64,000 nucleotides of DNA, taken from assembly GCA_050575255.1 (NCBI GenBank), contig JBNZDD010013650.1, positions 3,256,073 through 3,320,072 on the forward strand. The letters run 5' to 3'. The position numbers were made by a program, and so were the translations under genes. The notes below the pieces were generated by a model, which was given only the letters and a program-made list of their open reading frames with translations, made no database searches and was not told where the DNA came from. Source of the DNA: Harriotta raleighana (taxonomy: Eukaryota). Each line of letters begins with the position of its first letter. The stretch's first letter is position 1. Shown piece after piece: positions 12,396 through 25,573 of the stretch.

Positions 12396-13789
12396 CATTT
12401 TCTTAGTATCTCTGCATCGTGTACTCAGTCTAATATTCCACTTCATCTTGGCCCATAAAACCATTGTACAGTATCTTGAACTTGAACGGAAAATAATTTA
12501 ATTCATTTTGGGTTTTCTTAATCTCGGGTTGCAGAAAATCAGTTTCCAAATTAAGAATGAATTTAAAAAAACAAATATTCTGCAGAATCCTAAACATTTA
12601 GAGGATGCTCACAAAGCTATAACCATGAGAAAATGTTGAGGCCTTTGACTTTCGGTGTCTCATTTAAACATTTCAGAATTTTCCAGAATGTCCCACTCTA
12701 AAACCAGGTGGCAGTTCTAGTATCTGGTGCAGATGTCGAGCTGTTGATAATGGAAATTATCTATTTGTATCCGATGGATTTCAAATAGTGAAGGGGAATT
12801 ATATTGGAACGCTGGTCGGAAAGTAGAGCTGGCTCTCGTCACTTTTCTTGATGAATGGCTGTATCAGAAGCAATGCATTAGAGGTGAACCAAGGCAGCAA
12901 GCATTTTAAATTGAGTTAGCTGGATAAACAAAGAGTGAGGCGGACTTGCACGCTCAGCTGCTGGGAGAATCCGCTGGGCTTCCTTTGTTGCTATTGACCT
13001 TTGCTCTTTTGAGCAGACCGATCTGTGATTTGCAGACAAAGGGTGTGAGAAACCAGGCCCGTATTTGTTTTTTTCTCTCCTATTTGCCAAAGTCCTTTGT
13101 CAGCCACGTTCACTGCACAGTCCCTGTCAACGCACAGTGATCTGAATAGTCCTGTTTCAATAATGGGTAAAGCAGACCTTTTACTCCTCGTTTGATGTCT
13201 CTCTAATGTTGTTTTTCAATAGTGAATATACAAGGTTTAGATTTCCTCCTCCCCTTGACCTCTTACCCCTAATCGAGTGAGATCCCACATTACCCACAGG
13301 TGTTGCTTAGGTTTTGTGACTTTCTGGGTCTCCTATGTAGCCAAACCGAAAAGCGAAAGGAAATTTTTTTTAATGGTAGATTTACTTTAGTTCTTTCTTT
13401 CAACATCTCTTCCCGCCTCGCTGTCCCTGGCTTGCGAGCTCCTCACAATGATCTGGTTGAACAGCACTAGTGCCAGAGTGCCGTTGCTGTTATAAACAAC
13501 ATTGAGTTTCCAGAATGTGGTAGCCTATTCCCACCAACCCTCCCCAAACCCGAGTCCCAAGGTAGCAGTTTGGCAATCTGTGATGTTGGTTAATAATGAT
13601 AGTATCCGCACTCTAGATTTCTATGGTATCGTACCTCAACAAAGTGATGCGTGTACCACAGAGGATAAAAATTGGCAATAAAAAGGTTTGATTTTGAGCA
13701 GCACAGGCTTGCTATTCTGCTAAAGGTAGCCTTTTATGACACCGATGAGACTTATACTGCTTCAGTATATGTCAATGTGCTTCTTTGGA

Positions 13790-14128
13790 TTTACTGTAAA
13801 GTACAGTGACTGTAGTTGAACACGGCAGCCAATTTGCCCACAGAAATGTCCACACACAGCCATGAAATGAATGACTTATTTTATTTGGTGGATTGTTAGC
13901 CAGGAAAACTCCCTTCACTTTAGAAATAGTGCTATGGGGATTTTTAACATCTAACTGAACAGATGATGGGACTTCAGTTTAACATCTCATTTGAAAGAAA
14001 GAAGCTCAATCAATGTAGCTCTCCCCTAGTACTGAATTGAAGTGTCAGTATAACCTATACATGTTCAAAGTCCCAATGTGGGGCTTGATCTCACAAATGT
14101 CTTAATCAGAGTGCTACCAACTGAGACA
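13790..14128 (-). mobile_element. Old Deu-domain-like SINE (family B, SacSINE1-like)
   Basis: gcagccaatttgcccacag...aatagtgctatggggatttttaacatc...gtttaacatctcatttgaaaga...gaagtgtcag...gagtgctaccaactgag, recalled as the reverse complement of the DeuSINE core plus tRNA head. Confidence 0.7.
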
Positions 14129-17100
14129 TTAATATTAATCTGAAGAAGGCCCCCTGATGTCTTTTTCCCCTCCTCGCTTGGGCACTAATATCAACGACTG
14201 CTAACCCATTGATCCAAGAATTCAATATAAAATCGAATAGAAGACCTCCCTAGTCTTTACAGTTCCATTAGGAAACCTGGAACTAAATTAGGAAATTCAC
14301 CTGGAGCTCATTCCCGATCCGTTGCAGTGCGACAGATCCTGGAAGCTGTCCCAGTTTATGGATGGTTGAGCTCAGCTTGCGGCTCCACAAGCTAATAGAA
14401 TCTGAAGGGCTGATCTCACTCTGAGTCCTTGCCTTGCTGTAGCCTTGACCTCCCTTGTGACTGTACAATATAGTACTGTGCACTGAGTATTATACTATGA
14501 GCAGCCCGCACTCCTCATTCAGCCTGACAACCTGTTCTCAGACCGCAGTCTTGTTTGTATAATTACATAAATCTCCCTACAGATTGCCTTAGGTGGCTTA
14601 ATAAAATATGCTTCATATATAAGGGAAGGTCAGCTTAAAAACAAAATTAGCTTTTCTATTTTTGAAATATGGGCAAATGACTATGAATCTTTGTACATAA
14701 GTTGCTCTGCTGTGCCTGTAACCATCACCTGGAGCCAAGGATTATCGAACTCCACCTGAGGTTTGCTCAATGATCATGTGTGTTTGGGTCTCGCAATGGA
14801 CCATTTATTGCTGATGACTTTCTCCTGCCTTGTTTTATGATCCATATTAACAGGTTAATAATATACACCTGGCGTTCTCGCTTTATTGAAAAGTATAGTA
14901 CACACAGTGTCTACTGTGTGATATCTCTCTGCTGCCCAGATGACGTGTTCTTTTAGAAACTGACATTTTCCTGACAGAGGAAGCCAATTGGCCCATCAGG
15001 TCTATGCCACTGCTGTCTGTTTTACTAAGTTGTCCTCTCATACTTTCCAACTTGTTCCCTTTATTCCTCAAAGATTCTGCTCATCAAGTGCTCTCTCTCT
15101 CTGGTACCTTTGTTTGTGTCTATCTCTCCCCCTCCCATCCCCACCACCGTGGATAAATCTAATTGTGGCCACATCATAGCAGGGCAAAAACATTGCAGGT
15201 GAGTCAAGGGGTGAGGTGGTCAGCATCACAAGAGAAGTTTGAATGGAGAAAGCCCTTTGGCCTATTTGATTAATCTTTTCAGAATACCCACTCACCACAG
15301 CATCAAATAATTCTTCACAAAGGTTCATTTCTTGGAAGTTTGAGTTGAGTGGGGGAGAGAATAGAGATAGCCCCCCAAAAAACTTTGAAAAGGTGTTTTA
15401 AAGTGGATTTGAGTGAGTAAGAGAGCAAGGCTGCAGAGTTCTGTAATAGAGTTCCAATGGCTTGATGCTTCCCACCAATGATGGGGTGGATTGGGTGGAG
15501 CATGAACTTGTTCACTATTTGTGGAGCGAAGAGAGCAATAATATATAGATCCTCTCATATACACACTTTCCCGCAGAGAGAGCTCTCTCTTCACTAGGGG
15601 TCCAATGGACTACAATACAGTCTTTGTGCTCAGTAATTCATTGAACAGGTGGTTGTCTGTAAACGATCAGAGGCAATGACTAATTGAGGAGGCAACACAC
15701 AGACCTGATATCTTCAACGTGTCCAAATTTACAATTCTTTGATCTTCCCCTCTCCTGTCCTCTTAGGATGGCAGTTCCTTAGTTTTTCCCATAGAATTTT
15801 GTTGGTATATTAGGCCTCCCACAAGCAGTTTATTTTACTGGTTGCAGTTGTTTGGGGCAGATGTTTAAATCATATTGTTGCATAAAATAGATTGAGCTAC
15901 ATTACTACAGGTTAGCATACATCCACAAGGCAGTCACTCTGATGTTGTATCACTCAGTAGCACTGCATCAGAGTATCAGCCTGTCAATATAAGCTTAAAT
16001 CCTGCAGTAAGAATCCAAGCCAAGAATCCAAAGGCAAGATGACACATCCCACATCAAGGCAACAGAAGAGGTCATAGGTCGCCTGACACTAAAGCATTTC
16101 TTCTTACCAAAGGTTATGATACTGGATTCTTAAGAAACAACTTGATGCTGGAAAGGGGGGCCTCAGTAAGGTGGGTATTCTAGAAGAATGAAATCGGAGG
16201 AGTTGAAGGGTTTTCTTCCTCTAAACTGCTTGTGACCTAGTGACACGCCCACACCTTTACACAGACACTCGCTGAAGCATCTAATCTCATTGGTCACTTG
16301 GCCTGTGTTTACCAACAATTTCAAGTTTCAGTTTTCACCTTGATGTCAAGCACTTCCATCACATGAATGCACCTCCTACCTTATATGTGAACAAATCACA
16401 CAGCTAATGTATTTTCACTTGAGTAAAGGGAGAGGAGGATTTTATCTATTTTAAGACCCATATCTTTATGAACCTCACAACCCGGTAACACGAGCAGAAT
16501 GTTTGTGATAAAAGGCTTTATGAAAGAAGCAAAAGAGAAGGGTAGCTCTCAGAGAACCTTATGTATGTTTCTGTTTGTTTTAATATCTGAAATCCAGCCT
16601 GGGTGGGCAAACAAAGAAAAAAAGGAGGGATACTGTCGCCTAAAAGCTCTGTTTATTTGTAAGGCTGATTAAAGTGAAGAAGCTGTCATCCGAGATGAGA
16701 AGTTGTAACTAGAGAAGCGGAAGCGTTCTCAGCTGGGATCCTCTGCCCAACAAACTGGAATTGCTTCCATCTTGACGCAATTTCTTAATAACTATTACGG
16801 GACTTAATCTGTGTTCCTTTTTGTTTCCCAGCCTTTCTCCACCCCACTCCCTCCCCCACCCCATCAGCCTCTTTTCTATATTTTCTTACAATTTGAAGTT
16901 CACTAGTGTAATAGAAACCGAGACAGAGAAACTGAGCAAAGCAAAGAAAAAAAATCAAGTTTTGGCCAGCCCGGGTGACTTTGGATTTTGGCCCAAATTT
17001 CAAAATCCAGGAAAAATTGCACTGGGACCTTGTGAATCTGCAACACGATCCACATGGACAGATCCAGCAATTTGACTTTACAACTGACTTTCCAAAAGAT

Positions 17101-17494
17101 CCTATTTACAGGATAACCTGGAGACATTTGCTTGAAAAATCAGGTTTTGGGAATTGCTTTCATCCATTGCATAAGAGCTTGTCCATCACAAGTTTGTTTT
17201 TATTTCTTGCATATTGCATTTTAGTTATTTCCTGCAGTTTTCAGCTCGATTTTTCTTTCCTACTTTTTGTCACCTGATCTTGCACTGCAGAAGTTCAGTA
17301 TTCACCCAAGTGTCTCAGACATATCAGTAAAAGACATGTCCAGCGGTGATTAGCTGGGCTTCTGCCAAGCAATTTTGAAAGGAGGCCAGTTGTCCAATTG
17401 TTTGAGTTAAATACAACAACAACTTGCATTTTATAGGGCCCCTCATGCAAGGTAATGTCCCAGAGTGCTCGACAGTGGCGGACATTACGAGAGA

Positions 17495-17640
17495 TTATTA
17501 ATCATTACTGTGAATAATTATTGGTAATAATTTTAGTATTCATTATTAGATTTATTACCATTGATTGCTAATAATTATTTCATATACTGTAGTACAGTAT
17601 TGTTCATTATTTATTAGTTAATAATCATAATGATTAGATT
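17495..17640. repeat. AT-rich low-complexity tract (degenerate ATT/TAA)
   Basis: attattaatcattactgtgaataattattggtaataatttt... Confidence 0.6.
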
Positions 17641-19542
17641 ATGTAGAATAACTGGTGAAGAAACTGACTAATATTGCTTTGTACAGTAATGCTATGACAA
17701 CTAATTTAGTTAAGAATTTCTCAATGAAGAAAAATGACTCATTTCAATCAAGATTTGCAGCCTTAGCATAGTAAACGCAAGAAAGCACTCGCCGTTTAGG
17801 TGCCTGAGAAAGAGTAATTGTTCTCATTGGCAGTGAGAATGCTGGGTGATGGGTTGGTGACTGTGTGGCTCCGATTCACATAATGTCAACATCTTGAATC
17901 CTTGCAGCAACTACCCACAGCAAAAGAGGCCAAATGAAACCAGGAATTCAAGGCATTTCTGAATGTTCGTTTCCTAGCCAGCTGCACGCACCAATTAGCC
18001 ATTGATGATGCTGGTAGTCATTCTTATCATAGCATTGCAATGACGTTCATTGGGGTTCCAGTCAGCACTGGTTCGCACACCACTCAAACCTCACACTGCA
18101 ACTAATTAAACAACCCACCCAATACTCTCTCCGTGGACAGGTGCACATGGGACTTTGCACTAACAAAGCCTAATTATTGTCTAGACAATTAGATCAACAT
18201 TCAGTCTATTTGTAACTTAGTGAAATGATAGGTCAAAAATAAAGGCGCTGGATTTGACAAAACAGCATATAAAATACTTTCTCCAAATCATGTTTTCAAG
18301 CAATTATTCTGCTCTAATCAGGATAAAATATTGCTTATGCTGCCCAGGGATGTTTCTGAAATCTAGCATCCAACCCTCACAACCAAAAGGTTGGACCACC
18401 CTGCTCTAAAGCATGGATTTCTGATGCAACACAGATTGCTTGCAATACTTTCAATCACAAAGTAATTACTGTATGTGGAAAATGCATTTCTCCAATGCAA
18501 TCCTCAATAATAGTATGCCCTGCACCCCAGACTGAAAAGGAGCGCCTCTCTATTTCAGGGATCTGGGTCCAAATCTATTGTTGGATAAAAGCCAGCCTCT
18601 ACTAAAGAGAAAAGATCAACCTGACACCAGTTTAGGGCAAGTTCAACCAAACTATTAATGGGTTTGAGCCTGCAGTTTAACCCCAGTCTCTCTTTAACCA
18701 TAACACCAAGACCCCAAACTGGGTTAAGTGTGAAACACCAATGTAGAATTCCTACAGAAACAATGCATTTCTCAGGGTAGGGTTCAGTGAGAGCTTTATT
18801 GATTGAATTTATACTGTGTCTAACAGTAAGATTAATAATTATAACAAAGTACAGTAATAAAAAGATTGCTGTGTTTTAATGATCAGCATGGGAATAAACC
18901 ACATTGAATACAAAATTCAAAGGATAATTGTCGTTCGAACCTGGAAACACACCACTCCAACAAACAACAACAAAATTACATTTATAGAGCACTTTTCACA
19001 TCGGGACTACACCATGTGAAGAGGAGCTGCCCTGACTGGGTTCTGTTGCACAGTAAAATTTTCACAATAGTTTGCTTTCCTCCTTTCTGCTGAAGGTGCA
19101 GACTGATGCTTGTATTCCACAGGTGCAGGGCATTCCTCAGTGTATGAGGCCAGCAGCACTAGCAGGCTATTTGGCTAAGAAACTAGTCACAATTGAGTCT
19201 GATCCACACGCACACTTTCCAGCAGGGGTCAGTTTAATAGTGATCAGATGAGGGATCCTGCTGATTTTTCTCTCTCTCTCTCTTTCCCCCTTTCCCAGGC
19301 CAGCACAAGGGCACTGCAGCTAGTCATAACACCCTTATTGTTCTCTTGGCTGACAAACAACATTGGCTTCCTCACAAAGGCAGAGACCATAAAACAGTCT
19401 CTATAACCACTGCTCAATATATTACAGTTCTTCAAGTGCCTGAAAAGTGTTTGGAGAGAGAATATGAGCCATTTGTGGCTCCAGAAAATGTTCTGCCTCA
19501 GGCTACAAACTGTTGGTGTGGAAGTTCGTGCCACCTGCCTCT

Positions 19543-19920
19543 GGAATCCTACAGCTCAGGGTTAGAAAACTCACCTCGCAAGTGAGAGATCGTAAGTGAG
19601 GGTTCTATTCCCACCAGGGTGAAATGTTGGCCAAGATTCCTTACTCCACATGCCTCTGTTCACCTAGCAAGTAGGTAGCAATCCGGGTGTTAGTCAATTG
19701 GCAGATCGTTTTTCTGGAAGTAATAATCACTCAAGAAATAATCAATAATAATTTGGTCACTCAATCCATCCACAACTATTTGTGGGGCACTGCTGTGAGC
19801 AATTGGCTACCGTGTATCGTCCACAAATATTCAGTTAATTCACTTTACAGTATATTCTGTGAAGCGCTTTGAGATGTCTAGAAGATGTGAAAAACGCTAT
19901 ATCAAATGCAAGGAATTATT
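19543..19920 (+). mobile_element. Full-length family A SINE
   Basis: Head ggaatcctacagctcagggttagaaaactcacctcgcaag. Body and tail match the other copies. Confidence 0.88.
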
Positions 19921-20049
19921 CTGAACAGAGAGGTAATAGCTTACACTAGAGATTTCACTTTCTTTCACCCATATGAATACTCTTCGGAGAAAAGCCCTCT
20001 AGTGGTCAACAGTTTGCCTGCAGTCTGATTTAAATCATTTTTTTAAAAA

Positions 20050-20432
20050 TCCTTGCATTTGTTATAGTGCTCTTCAAGTTGGGAGGATGTCTCTGAGTAC
20101 TTCACAGAATCTTCTGTAAAGTCCAGTGACTGTCTATTTTCTGCCAAAATTTGTGCTCCGTAATGTCCCAGAAACAGACATAAAATGATTGACCTGGGGG
20201 ATTATTAGAAGGGATCCTGGAGGAAACTGCCTTTGTCTCTTCAAGTAATACCTTGAAATATTTTAGTATCCACCTATACAGGCAAATGGGACCTTAGATT
20301 AATGTCTCATCCAAAGCATGGTATCTCCAACAGAACAGCACACCCCAGCACAGGATTGGAGCGTCAGCCCAGAATATGAGAATATGCATAATCTTCTGAG
20401 GCAAAAGTGAGAATGCTGAGCCAGGCTGACAC
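20050..20432 (-). mobile_element. Old family B (Deu-like) SINE
   Basis: Tail ccttgcatttgttatagtgc. Core tatccacctatacaggcaaatgggaccttagattaatgtctcatccaaagc...ggagcgtcagcccaga. Confidence 0.65.
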
Positions 20433-20489
20433 ACAAGAAAATAAGTAGGATGCAGTACTTGATCAGCTGCATCTTAGCACTTATCTGAG

Positions 20490-20800
20490 CATTCCATGGC
20501 CCGTGCACTATAAATCTCCCCTACATCCTTGCTTTCCTGCTACATCCTCGATATTTTTGCTCTACAAGTATTTATCCATCTCCTTAATTCCTTCAATTGA
20601 TTTCTCATCTATGGCACTTTGCAGCAGTGATGAGAAGAATCTGTTGCCTCATTTTGGTCCTAATCCATCTTGTTTATGTCCTCTTGTAACCAATGGATCC
20701 ACTGCTTATTTAGTCTGATCCTGTTTTAATTCTAAATACTGTAATTAACTCGCCCTTCAGCTCCAAAGAATATATCCCAACCTAACTAGCCATTGTATTG
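20490..20800 (-). mobile_element. Degraded CR1 3' fragment
   Basis: catccttgctttcc...aagtatttatccatctcc...tgtcctcttgt...ctcagctccaaagaata, the reverse complement of the CR1 ORF2 end. Confidence 0.5.
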
Positions 20801-21088
20801 ATGATGATGTTTGCTCTGTCATGGAAGCCATCTTTTATACACACTAATAAAGACCAAATTAATGTGTGTCCGTGTATCTGACAATCACCCAATAACTGTT
20901 TGATGTAGAGACATGATTTATACCTCTTCGGAAAGGTCTTGCATCTGGCAGTGTCATGGGCATTTTTTGTGGGGGGAGCCTCTATTGTTCATGAGCTATA
21001 TTACAAAATGATTTAATTAAGTCCCAAGATATGAGTTATACATCGGTATTCTACATAGCAAGCGAGGAAAGCATACACCAGGACAACT

Positions 21089-21228
21089 CTGTGCACAATT
21101 GGCTGCCATGTTTCACCCACACATATACAGTCAATTCACCTTACAGTATGCTCCATGAAGTGATTTGATGTCTATACTAAAGACTTGAAAAGCACTATAT
21201 CAAATGTAAGGATTATTATTATATATTA
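21089..21228 (+). mobile_element. Family A SINE 3' fragment
   Basis: ctgtgcacaattggctgccatgtttcacccac...caaatgtaaggattattatt. Confidence 0.85.
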
Positions 21229-21251
21229 TAAAGTGTAGTGACTGTTTTGTG

Positions 21252-21351
21252 GGAGACAGAGAAAGAGTGACAGTCAGAGAGAGAGAGAGAGAGACTGAGA
21301 TAGTGAGAAAGACTGAGTGGGAGAGAGACTGAGAAAGAGACTGAGAGAGAA
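21252..21351. repeat. GA-rich degenerate microsatellite
   Basis: gagacagagaaagagtgacagtcagagagagagagagagagactgaga... Confidence 0.8.
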
Positions 21352-21869
21352 AATATATTAAAGGAGTCCTTCCAGCTGAGCATAGATAAAGATGAAATGT
21401 TTGTTTGTGCGTCAATCTACATTCCATATTGGATCCTTTGATTACGAGTAAAGCTTTAATGGGTATAGCTAGTAATCCTGTTTCCTGCTCTTTCTCCATT
21501 CCCTCGAATACCCATCCTCCCCATGTGTTTGTCTAATTTCTTTTTAAATGTCCTAATCAAATCTGCTCTAATGCCACCCCTGGCAATTCATTACATATTC
21601 TGGTAACCCTCAAAGGAAAAGAATTCCTAACTTGTCCCTTTACGCTCCTAATTACAATCATAGTACACTATTGGGAGTCTTAGCTGATTTTTTTTTCCTC
21701 GGAGCCAGCAAAGTCAGGTTTACAATGAGTTCAGATCAATCTGCTTGTTTAAAATGATCATTTTGGGAGCTAAGTAATATGATGGAAATCAGGGACATGT
21801 TAAAAATACCAGGTAAAATTTAAATTTTAGAAAGCAAGTGAAAATGCTTTTATTGTGAATACAACCCAA

Positions 21870-21996
21870 TTTATGGATACTGCTGTGCGCCATTGGCTGC
21901 TGTGTTTCGCCCACAAAATATACAGTCAATTCACTTTACAGTAAATTCTGTGAAGTGCTTTAAGGCATAAATCAAACGTAAGGATTATTATTATAA
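21870..21996 (+). mobile_element. Family A SINE 3' fragment
   Basis: ggatactgctgtgcgccattggctgctgtgtttcgcccacaaaatatacagtc...ggattattattat. Confidence 0.85.
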
Positions 21997-22039
21997 TTTA
22001 GAGTTGCTGTTAATAGCTCAGTTGAACAATGTGTGGCGG

Positions 22040-22460
22040 TGTTTAGTTCAGTTAGTCGTCCTCTCACCTTCACATCAGATGGTTGTGGGTCCAGACCAAA
22101 CATTGTGTTTGTGTTCATACTTTAGTGACTATGGTATGGTAATAGGGATGTGTTGCATTGTTGGGGGTGTAAGTTTTCAGATGAGACAAAACTCAGTCTT
22201 CAAACTGTCTGTTTAGGTAGATGTTAAAGATTTCAAGACACTACTGGAAAGGTGAAGCATTTCTTCCAATATTTTGGCAAATAATTCTCCAACTAATTTG
22301 TTTTTTTTGCCTCATGGATACATGTGGGCCTTACAGTGTGTAAAATGGCTGCCTACAGAGCGTTTCCCTACAAAATAAATGGTCTCTGCACTCGACACTA
22401 ATTGCTCTAAATGGCTTTGAGACATTTTTGCGTGATAAGGTGCTATAAAACTGCAAACTG
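22040..22460 (+). mobile_element. Old family B (Deu-like) SINE
   Basis: Head ctcaccttcacatcagatggttgtgggtcc. Core tttcagatgagacaaaac...ggtagatgttaaagatttca. Tail gataaggtgctataaaactgcaa. Confidence 0.6.
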
Positions 22461-23114
22461 TTTTTTCTTTCTCTTCCTGAAATGGAAATTTTTTTTTTTT
22501 TAAAGAATTAAAAGCGATTGGTAACACGTTAGATTTATGGGAAGGAAGTTCTGCTGTGATCAAGCAGTCAGATGTTTGGAAGTAAAAGTATTCAGCTGGA
22601 AAATGGCTTTTTAACACCCTTGTTTGTGCCAGCTCTTTGCTCCATTTCACAGAGCCCGTTTTGCTGGTCAGTTACCATAATCCTGTGGCTTCCTGCTTCC
22701 TCCGCCTGCCCGTTCAGTGGATGACTTTGAAATTGTATTCAAAGCCTGTATAATTTCTTAATTAGTCATGTGGAACAGGAGTGATGTTTTGCGCTTGTAA
22801 ATATGGCCCATGCACCTTGAACGATAACAGGTGTCCCAGTCTTACAGTAACAGATGAAGCTGGCACAGATGTTTGTGAAACATCTGTTAGGTGCATTCTA
22901 CATGTCACGGATGATGGATGGTTTGGATACTAAGACGTCCTTCTTGACCCTGGGGTTAAAACAAAGCTTGTTTTTGAACGCAGTGCTGTAGCGCTGTGTT
23001 AATTTGATTTCTACAATCTCACATGAAATTCCTTAAACTGAATCCTGTACAATGATCATACCAATGCTTGCTCCTCAACACACTAAACAGTTTCATTTCT
23101 TAAAGTATCTTATC

Positions 23115-23522
23115 GTTTTGGAACATCTCAAAGCATTTCCCACAAGTTACGTTGAAGTGGAATGACTCCTGAAACGTAGGCATTATGGGAGCTAATCTGT
23201 GCCAGTAAAGTCCTACAAACAGCAATGAGATGAATGACCAAATGTAATCTGTTTTTGATGAAATTGGATGAGGGAGGAATATTGGCCAGGACATTGATTT
23301 GAAATAGCATCTTGGGAATGTCAGTATCTACCAAAACCGCAGAAAAGAAAGAAAGGGGCTGTGTTTACTGTCTCATCCAAAGCAAATAACCTCCAGCAAT
23401 GCTGCGCTCACTATTACTGCACTTGGTTATGCGCTGACATTATGAGCTGAAGATCTGTGTGGGGCTCGTACCCACAACCTTCGACCTAGAGGCGTGTGTG
23501 CCACCAACTGGGCCAGACTGAC
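23115..23522 (-). mobile_element. Old family B (Deu-like) SINE
   Basis: cctacaaacagcaatgagatgaatgacc...gaatattggccaggaca...gtctcatccaaag...ggggctcgtacccacaaccttcgacctagaggc...ccaactgggcc. Confidence 0.7.
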
Positions 23523-23961
23523 AAATATATCCCAGCTGTTGTATTAAAATTGGCTTTGTTATTAAAAAGGAGCATTTTATTTTGAAAGGTGATTTACAGT
23601 GATTTGGGGGGCAGATTGGTGGATTTGTGCTTCATTTCCACAGTGGTTGAGTTCATTATAATGAGTAGATGCTATAAGTATGCCAAATTTTTCCCTAGGG
23701 AGGGAAGGGACAGTGAGTAAAGTGTTTCAAGCATGGTAGAGCACCACAAGCAGAGACCTCAGGGAAGTTTATCTGTCTATTGCCTTGGACCACATTTGCT
23801 GCATTGACTCAGAGATACCAAGAAGTTTGCGTGTCATCAAATGATGATCAGTACTCTCCCTTGGGGTGCAGTATGCAATAAGATGCCTGCTGTCAGTGAC
23901 TGGAACAGAACAGCAGCTGTGCCAAACACCTCTTAACAGTTGAATTTGTGCAATACAAGCA

Positions 23962-24147
23962 CAATAATTAATTGTTCATTTCAATCCACGACTGTTTGTG
24001 GGGACACCGCTGTGCGCAATTGGCTGCCGTGTTTCGCCCACAAATATGTGGTCAGTTCACTTCACAGTATATTCTGTGAAGCACATTGAGACGTCTAGAA
24101 GACATGAAAAGCGCTATATCAAATGCAAGGATTATTATTATTATTAA
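23962..24147 (+). mobile_element. Family A SINE 3' half (little diverged)
   Basis: caatccacgactgtttgtggggacaccgctgtgcgcaattggctgccgtgtttcgcccac...aagcgctatatcaaatgcaaggattattattattatt. Confidence 0.9.
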
Positions 24148-24227
24148 CAGCGAACAAACGATCGGTGGTTGCAAATTGAAAAAAAAAATCTGAAACTTTT
24201 CTTCATTGCAAAATTGTTTTGTCTTTG

Positions 24228-24325
24228 GTCTAACGAAAGGTCATAGACCTGCAATGTTAACTCATTTTCCTCTCTCCATGGATTCTGCCTAACCTGCTGC
24301 TTGCTCCCAGCACTTCTGTATTTAT
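24228..24325 (+). mobile_element. Short repeat resembling the terminus of a chondrichthyan Penelope-like element
   Basis: tctaacgaaaggtcatagacctgcaatgttaactc...ctctctccatggattctgcctaacctgctg...ccagcacttctg. Recognised from memory of shark repeats only. Confidence 0.45.
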
Positions 24326-24974
24326 ACCATCATCTGCAGTACATTGCCATTTGTTTTGTCTTTGTGCAGCCTCAGGACTCTTGCAAAACCTCATAATGAT
24401 AAAGGGGCAAACACCTTATATGTTCCGTTGATAATTTTTTCTAATGATAAATATTCCTATTCAGAATCAGTTATTTTCTACACAGCATTTGGCCCATTGT
24501 ATCAGTGCCCCAGCTGCTGGTTTTCTAAATTGCCCGCCTTTTTCTTTATTAATCCCACTTTCTGGTTATTCTCTCTTCTGGCTCCAGAACAACTATGACC
24601 AGACTCTGGGAAATGGCTGATATTATCATTAGCATGAAATTACATGGTGCATCGGATAAGTATACTGACATCGCACCTCTGGGATCAAATTCATCCAACC
24701 ACTGGGGTGAAAGTTTTATCCTCCAGTTATCCCTCATCCGCATTCCAAAGGAGTTCTAATCCAATCCCTCATTCGTTCCTAAGTACAGTATATATTAAAT
24801 TGACAATCTGACTTGGCGGTCAGCTGGTGTGGGAAATGGAAATATAACACTAATACAGTAGAAGAAAGGAGCTCTACTGAGATTTTGGGTGAGAGCGAGT
24901 GTTATTCTACATTTAATGTGCAAATTTCTTAGCATTATTTTTAAGAGTTTGATGTCAATGTTGAGTTCCTGAAA

Positions 24975-25235
24975 TGGGAGAATTCTGATGAAATGTTACA
25001 ACCAAGGTCTCGTCTGCAAGGATCCCATGGCACTATTTCAAAGGAAAAAAGGAATTTCTCCTAGTATCTTGGCCAAGATTATTCCCTCATTCATTTTTAC
25101 AAAAAAAAAGCCAAATTTATCATTAATGGTGCAGATTAGCTGACTGTTTTATATCTAAATAATAGTCACTACACTTCAAAGTGCTTTGAGTTGTTTCAGT
25201 GGGATAAGACATTACAGTATATTAAATGCAATGTT
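24975..25235 (+). mobile_element. Old family B (Deu-like) SINE 3' part
   Basis: gatgaaatgttacaaccaaggtctcgtctgc...gatcccatggcactatttcaaagg...agtcactacacttcaaagtgctttgag. Confidence 0.65.
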
Positions 25236-25414
25236 TTGTGTGTCGAGTAGAATCAGTGAGGTTAACTTAACTATGACAGTATCTCAATATTATGAAACTC
25301 TTCATTTCCCTCAGAATTCTATTCTTGCAACAAATTACAGTACATGCTTTCAAACCTAATACTACTTAACTATTACTTCTTACAATTATAATTTATTAAG
25401 AATTAATTGTTACC

Positions 25415-25573
25415 CCACTGTTTGTGGGACACTGCTGAGTGCAACTGGCCTTTGTGTTTTGCCTTAAATATACTGTACACAGTCAATCCACTTTACGTTA
25501 TATTCTGTGTAGATCTTTGAGACATCTCAATGACACAATAAGGCCCTACATGAAATTACGATTGTTATTATTT
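25415..25573 (+). mobile_element. Family A SINE 3' fragment
   Basis: ctgtttgtgggacactgctgagtgcaactggcc...cagtcaatccactttac... Confidence 0.75.

Noticed and set aside
18385-18410. GLI-like site gaccaccct
   Set aside because: It mismatches the GACCACCCA consensus, and the context (aaaaggttggaccaccctgctcta) looks like a decayed hAT terminus.
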